Below are positions 17,410-24,174 of a stretch of 24,174 bases of DNA, in pieces (the stretch's first letter is position 1; each line of letters opens with the position of its first letter). The stretch is taken from positions 1 through 24,174 of the forward strand of contig JBEPZZ010000025.1 in assembly GCA_041640575.1 (NCBI GenBank). The letters are read 5' to 3'. Below the pieces are notes generated by a model, which searched no databases, was not told where the DNA came from, and was given only the letters and a program-made list of their open reading frames with translations. The position numbers and the translations under genes are program-made. The DNA comes from Pseudothermotoga sp. (GTDB lineage: Bacteria; Thermotogota; Thermotogae; Thermotogales; DSM-5069).

Positions 17410-18993
17410 TTATTTCTTAGATATCTTTGTAAAATCAAATACTAGTGTGTAACCCTGGCACGCTTGCTCAAAGCCAACAACTTCGTCTCTAACAACCCAA
17501 AACTGAATTGGTTGATAAAGCATAGCGAATGGACTGTTGTTTATCCAGTATTCTTGAAGTTCTTTGTAGAGTTGTTCACGTTTCTGCTCGTCAAGTTCAG
17601 ATCCAGCCTTCTCAGCAAGATCTGCTGCATAGTCATCGTACCACATGTTTCTCCAAGCAAGTTGTTTAACTCTGTAATTCGCAAATGGTTTTGCAAGAGC
17701 ATCTGGATCTGGATAATCAATACCCCAACCTGCAAGAATCATTTGATGTCCTTGCTGCCTATATTTTGCGTACATTTCGGAGGCAGGCATTAATGTAATA
17801 TTTGCCTTAATGCCTATTTCTGCAAGATTAGCTTGAATAATTATAGCTTCATTCTGCCTGATATTTGTTGGGTTCGTCAAAAGTTCCACTTCAAATCCAT
17901 TTGGATAACCAGCTTCAGCGAGAAGTTTCCTTGCCTTCTCGACATCACGTTTAAATGGGTTCATCTCGATATAGCCAAAATAGTCAATTGGCATGAAGTT
18001 CTGATTTAAGATGGCAAATCCTCTCATGACGGAATCAATTATAGCGTTATAATCGATAGCGTATCTAATTGCTTGTCGAACTCTTGGATCTTTGAATGGT
18101 CCCCAACCAACGTTCATTGCAACATATTCGTTTGATTGCCCTGGAGTTGTTACAAGCCTGACACCCCTCGGCTTGGTTTCTCTAAGCTGTGCGGCTTGTT
18201 CAGTTGTTACACCCCATGCAACATCCACATCACCTCTTTGAACAAGCAAGAACCTGTTCGTCTCCTCAGGTACATCCTTTATTATGATCCTTTTAACACT
18301 TGGTTCACCAGCCCAATACCTCGGATTTGACTGCAGAACAACTTGTTCGTTTCTCTTCCACTCAACAATTGTGTAAGGACCAGCGCCAGTTCCAGGTGAT
18401 TTATCCAGTAAGAATGCTTGCCCCAAATCTTTGTCTTTTTCGTTCGCAAGTACAACTTTTTTATTGACTACACCGCCCCATGGCGGAGCAATGATTGACA
18501 GCACTATATTCTTTGCCAAAATTTTTGTCTTGAGAACCACTGTTTGTGGATCGACAGCAACTATTTTTTCATCCATATTCTCCACTGTGAAACCAAGTTC
18601 TTTGAATAGCCATACTGGAGATTTGTTGATCATTAAGACTCGCTTATAAGAGAAGACCACATCTTCCGAGGTTAATGGATCACCGTTTGAAAAGGTCAAT
18701 CCCTTTCTCAATCTGAAAGTCCAGACTAGCTCATCTCCCTGCTTCACCACATCCCAGCTTTCAGCAAGGTCAGGGACCGCCGATATGACACCATTGACAG
18801 GTTCTAATTTTGTTAAACCAGAATAAGCAGCGGTCACAACAGCCGCGGCAAAGGTTTCATAACATACTGCAGGATCAAGTGTGATGAAAATTTGAGTTGT
18901 AGCGGCAATAACAAGAGTATCTTTTGGCGTAGCTGCAAAAACATTCACAATCACGGACAAAGCCATGATCGTTAATAGCAATTTCTTCCACAT
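17410..18993 (-). CDS. oppA: ABC substrate-binding protein, family 5 (DppA/DdpA-like; operon 1)
   Basis: Signal peptide ending VFA, TLDPA, PDLAESW, LRKGLTFSNGDPLTSEDVVFSYKR, GAGPY and PFKDPRVRQAI. Confidence 0.9.
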   Translation of the reverse strand: MWKKLLLTIMALSVIVNVFAATPKDTLVIAATTQIFITLDPAVCYETFAAAVVTAAYSGLTKLEPVNGVISAVPDLAESWDVVKQGDELVWTFRLRKGLTFSNGDPLTSEDVVFSYKRVLMINKSPVWLFKELGFTVENMDEKIVAVDPQTVVLKTKILAKNIVLSIIAPPWGGVVNKKVVLANEKDKDLGQAFLLDKSPGTGAGPYTIVEWKRNEQVVLQSNPRYWAGEPSVKRIIIKDVPEETNRFLLVQRGDVDVAWGVTTEQAAQLRETKPRGVRLVTTPGQSNEYVAMNVGWGPFKDPRVRQAIRYAIDYNAIIDSVMRGFAILNQNFMPIDYFGYIEMNPFKRDVEKARKLLAEAGYPNGFEVELLTNPTNIRQNEAIIIQANLAEIGIKANITLMPASEMYAKYRQQGHQMILAGWGIDYPDPDALAKPFANYRVKQLAWRNMWYDDYAADLAEKAGSELDEQKREQLYKELQEYWINNSPFAMLYQPIQFWVVRDEVVGFEQACQGYTLVFDFTKISKK

Positions 18994-19023
18994 AAAAAAT
19001 CCCCCCTCGAAGAGTTTAAATAC

Positions 19024-19052
19024 ATTGTATCAGTTACATCACAAACTGTCAA
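19024..19052 (-). promoter_or_regulatory. Near-consensus sigma70 promoter for Opp operon 1
   Basis: TTGACA (19052-19047), 17-nt spacer, TGn-TACAAT (19029-19024), 30 nt upstream of the oppA ATG with SD GAGGGGGG. Confidence 0.85.
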
Positions 19053-19094
19053 TCGCGGTTTTACTAAATTTTCCCTAAGCAGGATTTTTCCAAT

Positions 19095-20054
19095 TTAATG
19101 CATGTATAGAACACATCTTACTTTTCTATTCTCATCAACACTGTACATTTCAACTGGATTTTTGCATTGATTTTTCCTATACTTGCACCTTGGCTCGAAA
19201 GGACAACCTGGTGGAGGGTCTATAAGGCTGGGTGGTTCTCCTATGTTTCCAAGCTTTCTTTTTTCAGCATTCGGGTTCGGAAAAGCACTAAGTAATAACT
19301 GTGTGTACGGATGAAGAGGATTTGCAACAACCTCGAGCGCATTCCCTTCTTCTACAATTATTCCAGCATACATAACTACTATTCTATCTGAAATGTACCT
19401 TGCTGCTGCTAAATCATGTGTTACATGTATAAAGGTTATCTTGTACTCTTCTCTAAGATTCAGCATCAAATTCAAGATGCTTGATTTAATAGAAACATCA
19501 AGCATTGATGTTGGCTCGTCTGCCAAGATTATCTTTGGTTTCGTGATGATGGAGCGTGCAAAAGCAACTCTTTGCCTCTGCCCACCTGATAATTCGTGAG
19601 GGAACTTATTCAGAAAAAGTCCTGGAGGAGAAAGTTCCACATCTTCCAAAGCCTGCTGAACGATCCGATCTACCTCACTTTTTTCCCTTATGCCTTGAAT
19701 CCTAAGTGGTCTTTCGAGGATGTATTTAACCCGCTTTGTCGGATTTAAGGATGAAAAGGGGTCCTGAAAAACTATTTGAACTTTTTTTCTAAAGTCCAAT
19801 TCTTTTTTTCTTCCAAACTTTTTTGGCAATTTTGAACCGAAAAAGGTCATTGTGCCTCGATCTTCTATGTAAATCCTTCCGATAACCCTAAGTAGAGTGC
19901 TTTTACCACAACCGCTTTCACCAACTATTGACAGTATTTCTCCATCTGACAGATTGAGGCTGATATTTCTCAAAGCCCTGACTTTAAAAGTTTTAAAACC
20001 TTTGTGAATCGTGAAGGTTTTCTCTAGATTCTCCACTTCGAGTATAAATGACAC
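19095..20054 (-). CDS. oppF: Opp-family ABC importer ATP-binding subunit F (operon 2)
   Basis: [28 protein letters not shown] and GCPFEPRC. Start taken as GTG at 20054 (GTG at 20063 is the alternative). Confidence 0.9.
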   Translation of the reverse strand: MSFILEVENLEKTFTIHKGFKTFKVRALRNISLNLSDGEILSIVGESGCGKSTLLRVIGRIYIEDRGTMTFFGSKLPKKFGRKKELDFRKKVQIVFQDPFSSLNPTKRVKYILERPLRIQGIREKSEVDRIVQQALEDVELSPPGLFLNKFPHELSGGQRQRVAFARSIITKPKIILADEPTSMLDVSIKSSILNLMLNLREEYKITFIHVTHDLAAARYISDRIVVMYAGIIVEEGNALEVVANPLHPYTQLLLSAFPNPNAEKRKLGNIGEPPSLIDPPPGCPFEPRCKYRKNQCKNPVEMYSVDENRKVRCVLYMH

Positions 20055-21004
20055 TTTACCCACCTTCCGCTTTCACTCAATTTTGTTTCTTCCGGCGGCA
20101 GCGACCTGCATTTTTCAAACGCATAGCCGCACCTATCTGCAAATGAACAACCCCTTATTTCTTTCGAAAGATCAGGTGGCCTACCGGGTATGCTTTTGTA
20201 TTTTCTAAGTTCTCCTGTGATACTCGGAATAGCTTCTAAAAGAGCTTTCGTGTAAGGGTGCTTAGGATCCTCCAGGACTTCTTTAGATTGTCCATACTCA
20301 ACAATTTCTCCAGCATACATTATGGCGATATGCTTGGTGATCTCAAAAAGTAAAGATATATCATGTGTTATTAGAATCGCCGAAAAATTTGCTTTATTAA
20401 ACAGCTCTTGAAATTCCTCAATTATTGCTCTTTGAACAACAGTATCCAGAGCTGTTGTTGGCTCATCTAAAATAACCAATTTCGGTGAAAAGAGCAAGGC
20501 CATCGATATTACCACTCTTTGTCTCATACCGCCAGACATTTGGTGAGGATATGAATCCAGGAACTTGGCATCAAGATTGACAAGCTTCATGACTTCAATC
20601 ATTCTTTGTTTAATCTTGTCAATGTCTTTCTCATTACTATGCTCCATGTAGACATCGATCATTTGATCTTTGACCTTAAGCACCGGGTTGAGTGAATTCA
20701 TAGAACTTTGTGTAACAAACGAGAATTCCACCCACCGCTTTCTTCGAAGCTCTTCGTCAGATATCTTAAGTAAATCTATTCCCTCTAAAAGCACTTCTCC
20801 TGACGTTATTTTTCCTGGTGGTTTTAACAGTTTGAGAATTGCTAAGGCAAGTGTTGACTTCCCACATCCAGATTCGCCGGCAATCCCTAGGAAATCGTTT
20901 TGATACACAACAAAAGAACAGTTACGCACAGCGTGATAGAACTCTTTATTCTTTAAGTATCCTGCATTTAGTTTCTTTACCTGAAGCAGTGGATTTTCCA
21001 CCAT
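20024..21004 (-). CDS. oppD: Opp-family ABC importer ATP-binding subunit D (operon 2)
   Basis: GESGCGKST, MSGGMRQR, ILDEPTTALD and GCSFADRC. Confidence 0.9.
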   Translation of the reverse strand: MVENPLLQVKKLNAGYLKNKEFYHAVRNCSFVVYQNDFLGIAGESGCGKSTLALAILKLLKPPGKITSGEVLLEGIDLLKISDEELRRKRWVEFSFVTQSSMNSLNPVLKVKDQMIDVYMEHSNEKDIDKIKQRMIEVMKLVNLDAKFLDSYPHQMSGGMRQRVVISMALLFSPKLVILDEPTTALDTVVQRAIIEEFQELFNKANFSAILITHDISLLFEITKHIAIMYAGEIVEYGQSKEVLEDPKHPYTKALLEAIPSITGELRKYKSIPGRPPDLSKEIRGCSFADRCGYAFEKCRSLPPEETKLSESGRWVKCHLYSKWRI

Positions 21005-21013
21005 TTTATCACC

Positions 21014-21823
21014 TCATGATCTTCTCAGTCTTGGATTTGTGAGCTCATCTACGTAGAAATTGAGTAAGGCAAAGGCTGTTCCCAAGCTTGCAATAGCAAC
21101 ACCCGGTGCAAGAACCCAGTACCACATTCCATTTAATAAAGCATTTGCTGACTGCGCCCAATAAAGCATCGTACCCCAAGTTATCTTGCTAACATCACTT
21201 AATCCAAGAAAAGACAAGGAGGCTTCGCCTAATATTCCATAGAGTACAGCCGAGAAAAAATTCGATACTATAAGTGATGCCATATTTGGAAGTATTTCAA
21301 AGAACATTATTCTAAAGTTACTTTCACCAATGGATTTCAGAGCAATGACAAAATCCCTTTTTTTGAGTGTCAAAATCTGAGATCTTATAATCCTTGCTCC
21401 ACTTCCCCAACTGGTCAGGGCAATAACTAAAATTACAAGTAAAGGACCACGAGCCTTTATATAAGCTGAAATGACTATCATCAAAGGTAAGCCAGGAATA
21501 ACCAAAAAAACATCAGTAAGAGTAGAAAGTATTCTGTCAGTTATTCCCCCATAATAACCTGCCGCCATCCCAACAATCACCGAGAGCAAAGTCATCAAAG
21601 CCCCCACCGATAGGCCAATGAGTATGGACAGTCTAGATCCATGTATTAGTTGCGAAAAGATATCTCTTCCGAGCCTATCAGTGCCGAGGAGATTCTCTTT
21701 TGAAGGAGGTTGGTAAGGTGAATTCACGATCTCACTTGGATGGTATGGAGCAATGAAATCGGCGAATATCGCAACTATTAAATGAATGGTAATCAACACA
21801 AGTGCAAAGTACAATTTTTTCAT
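21014..21823 (-). CDS. oppC: Opp-family ABC importer permease C (operon 2)
   Basis: LLGTDRLGRDIFSQL, DFVIALKSIGE, EASLSFLGL and DELTNPRLR. Confidence 0.9.
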   Translation of the reverse strand: MKKLYFALVLITIHLIVAIFADFIAPYHPSEIVNSPYQPPSKENLLGTDRLGRDIFSQLIHGSRLSILIGLSVGALMTLLSVIVGMAAGYYGGITDRILSTLTDVFLVIPGLPLMIVISAYIKARGPLLVILVIALTSWGSGARIIRSQILTLKKRDFVIALKSIGESNFRIMFFEILPNMASLIVSNFFSAVLYGILGEASLSFLGLSDVSKITWGTMLYWAQSANALLNGMWYWVLAPGVAIASLGTAFALLNFYVDELTNPRLRRS

Positions 21824-21839
21824 TTGGCATCCTCCAGGT

Positions 21840-22814
21840 TCAGACTCTCACCCTTGGATCCAATACTCCGTAGGTGAGATCAACTATCAAGTTTGCAGTC
21901 AGTACTGAAAAAGAAATTATCAAGAAAAGTGCTTGAATCAAAGGATAGTCTTGACCAATAACTGCTCTGTACAACGTGAAACCTATACCCGGATACGAGA
22001 AAACTATTTCAGTTAGCAGAGCACCACTGACTACAAAGCCAAGCGAGAGACCAAAAGCAGTGAAGCTTGGCAAAATGGCATTTCTTGCAGCATATCTTAA
22101 CAGAATGTCTCTTCTCTTAAGCCCTTTCGCTTCTGCAAGCAGAAGAAAATCTTCAGCAGGAATATTCACCATGTTGTTTCTCATCGTGAGGATCCATCCG
22201 CCTAGTGATGCTATTATTAGGGCTATAGCAGGCAGGAAACCGTGGTATAGAACGTCTCCTAGGAAGTTGACACCTTTTAGAAAGTGCTTTGTTGAATATG
22301 CACCTGAGATCGGAAATAACCTCAATTTGAAAGCGAATACATAAAGTATCAGCATGGCTAACCAAAAATATGGTATTGATCGAAGCAGTATAGAGACCAT
22401 TAGTAAAGCAACACCGGAACTCTTCTCTCTATTCCAACCTGCGTAAACACCAAGTAAGGTGCCTACTATGAAACTGATTACTGTTGATATTCCTACAAGA
22501 CCAACTGTCCATGGAAGTGCAGTGGATATCACTTGACTTACTTTCACTGGATAATAAACATAAGAAACGCCAAAATTACCAGTCAGAATGTTTCTGAGAT
22601 ATTCTATGTACTGGCTGAACAAAGATTTTTCGCCATCCACTCCCAGGGCTATTTTCATCGCTGCAACTGCGTTTGGATCGAGTTCATACCTAGAAAGTAT
22701 TCTTTCGGCAGGATCTCCAGGCATCAAACGTGGTATCAAAAAATTTAGAGTAACTGCTACAAAAAGGGTAAATAAGTAAAAACCAAGCTTCTGAAGAAAA
22801 TACTTCACGAACAC
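21840..22814 (-). CDS. oppB: Opp-family ABC importer permease B (operon 2)
   Basis: LNFLIPRLMPGDP, ALPWT, MRNNM, AEAKGL, EIVFSYPGIG and YGVLDPRVR. Confidence 0.9.
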   Translation of the reverse strand: MFVKYFLQKLGFYLFTLFVAVTLNFLIPRLMPGDPAERILSRYELDPNAVAAMKIALGVDGEKSLFSQYIEYLRNILTGNFGVSYVYYPVKVSQVISTALPWTVGLVGISTVISFIVGTLLGVYAGWNREKSSGVALLMVSILLRSIPYFWLAMLILYVFAFKLRLFPISGAYSTKHFLKGVNFLGDVLYHGFLPAIALIIASLGGWILTMRNNMVNIPAEDFLLLAEAKGLKRRDILLRYAARNAILPSFTAFGLSLGFVVSGALLTEIVFSYPGIGFTLYRAVIGQDYPLIQALFLIISFSVLTANLIVDLTYGVLDPRVRV

Positions 22815-22826
22815 CCTCTCCCATCA

Positions 22827-22855
22827 AAACCTCAGCCCACTTGGGGCTGAGGTTT
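22827..22855 (-). terminator. Intrinsic terminator-like hairpin between oppA and oppB of operon 2
   Basis: AAACCTCAGCCC-N5-GGGCTGAGGTTT, a perfect 12-bp inverted repeat ending in TTTT on the minus strand, directly before the oppB SD. Confidence 0.7.
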
Positions 22856-22904
22856 CGAAAGTCCTATTTTTTGCAAAAGATCAAGCCATGCTAAGCACTT
22901 GCTA

Positions 22905-24174
22905 CTATCTTCTTGGGATCAATTTGAGTACGAGATATATCTTATCCATTCCGGTTATTCTTGGTTCAACAAACGCGTTGTTTTCATTAGGCCATCCAGT
23001 GAAATTTTTCTCAGAATAAATGAACCAAACCGGGTTATAGAACAACGGAACAGCGGGAACGTTGTCAAGCACTATTTCTTGCAATCTCTCCATTATTGAT
23101 TTTCTTGCTTCAAGCTGGTCTGTAAGTTTTATTTTTGCAAGAAGTGCGTCAGTCTCCTGATCGATCCATCCACCTCTGTTACTTCCTCTATAAGCATTTG
23201 CTGAGTTCAGGAAATTATCGTAAAAAATGTATGGATTCGCTCCATAGTTTGCCCAGCTTAGTGCAAGATCATAGTTTTTATTTCGAATGAGATCAAGATA
23301 TTGACCATAATCAACCGGCGTAGTTTTGAATTCTATGCCTATCTTTTTCAACTGCTGCGATAGTACCTCACAAACAGCAATCCAGTCGGTCCAACCTGCT
23401 GGTACTATGATTTCATACGATAGTTTCTTGCCAGCCAGTTCGTATATCCCATCTTTACCCTTCCTGTAGCCTAGCTGTTCGAGTAACTTAGTAGCTTGCT
23501 GTGGATTGTAAGACCACCATTTGTCTTTTAATTTCTGGCTTATTAGATAGGAGTAGCCATCTTTGATCAAAACTGGGTTTACTCGGACAGCATAATTTGT
23601 CATTGCGACTTTAATGATCTGGTCAGTATCGATAGCATATGCAATAGCTTTCCTAAGTGTTGTGTTTTTAAACGGCTCTCTTTCAAGATTGAAGAAGACA
23701 AAAACAGGATTTCCACCAACGAACCAGTATTTGATGTTCGGATTTTGAATCTTTTCAATTAATGGATAGTTAATTCCTGCCCAATCAATTTCTCCGTTTG
23801 CAACTGCAAGTTGTGCAGATTCATTTCCACTAAAAGCTGGTACTCTTATGCTTTCCACTTTAACCTTATCTGCTTGCCAATAGTTCGGATTTTTCTTCAA
23901 GACAAAGACCTGTGGCGAGAAACTATCCAGTACATATGCACCCGTGCCAATTGGTTCTTCGTTGGTAAACTTTGAGGGATCCTCCACTTTTCCCCAAATG
24001 TGCCTTGGAACTATATAAACACCAAATAAACTGTACAAAAACATTGTATTGACATCGGAGAGAACAAATTTCAGCGTTGTATCGTCTATCTTTTCAACTG
24101 AGCTTAAACCTGCTCTCCAAACACCTACCGCGTCTAAAGCAGGGAATTTCTTAAGCATCTCAAAGGTGAATAGA
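22905..24174 (-). CDS. ABC substrate-binding protein, family 5, oligosaccharide-binding type (partial, 5' end outside the window)
   Basis: The frame stays open to the window edge (LFTFEMLKKFPALD). IVPRHIW, PIGTGAY, KKNPNYW and IIVPAGWTDW resemble Thermotoga cello-/manno-oligosaccharide-binding proteins. Confidence 0.88.
   Translation of the reverse strand, partial: LFTFEMLKKFPALDAVGVWRAGLSSVEKIDDTTLKFVLSDVNTMFLYSLFGVYIVPRHIWGKVEDPSKFTNEEPIGTGAYVLDSFSPQVFVLKKNPNYWQADKVKVESIRVPAFSGNESAQLAVANGEIDWAGINYPLIEKIQNPNIKYWFVGGNPVFVFFNLEREPFKNTTLRKAIAYAIDTDQIIKVAMTNYAVRVNPVLIKDGYSYLISQKLKDKWWSYNPQQATKLLEQLGYRKGKDGIYELAGKKLSYEIIVPAGWTDWIAVCEVLSQQLKKIGIEFKTTPVDYGQYLDLIRNKNYDLALSWANYGANPYIFYDNFLNSANAYRGSNRGGWIDQETDALLAKIKLTDQLEARKSIMERLQEIVLDNVPAVPLFYNPVWFIYSEKNFTGWPNENNAFVEPRITGMDKIYLVLKLIPRR

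Noticed and set aside
19068..19090. Possible terminator after oppF of operon 2
   Set aside because: Only a 4-5 bp weak stem with no U-tract.
1757..23099. Many 60-122 aa ORFs nested in or antisense to the main genes
   Set aside because: They overlap well-supported genes and show no recognisable domains.
1..24174. CRISPR arrays, tRNA/rRNA, riboswitches, IS elements or prophage genes
   Set aside because: All intergenic gaps are under about 140 nt, and I saw no repeat-spacer pattern, cloverleaf, transposase or integrase. A covariance-model search was not possible.

Overview
This is a low-GC, gene-dense bacterial window. Its proteins and gene order point to Thermotogota, possibly Pseudothermotoga; this rests on recalled similarity to Thermotoga maritima proteins, not on a search. 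From left to right: (1) a tightly coupled minus-strand operon of a histidine kinase resembling T. maritima HK853, an HDOD protein, rbfA, truB, a ribF with an eroded riboflavin-kinase domain, and the start of a probable phosphate acyltransferase; (2) a divergent plus-strand run of MscS, DEDDh 3'-5' exonuclease, PIN-PhoH ATPase, ABC exporter ATPase and permease, and an M42 aminopeptidase; (3) an MFS transporter; (4) a chemoreceptor with an unusual C-terminal, cytoplasm-facing Cache-like domain; (5) two tandem Opp/Dpp-family ABC importer operons (A-hairpin-B-C-D-F), one probably for peptides and one probably for oligosaccharides. I found no rRNA, tRNA, CRISPR array or mobile element. The most notable items are the inverted-architecture chemoreceptor, the kinase-dead RibF, the HK-HDOD pair attached to ribosome-maturation genes, and the overlapping MscS-exonuclease-PIN/PhoH module.
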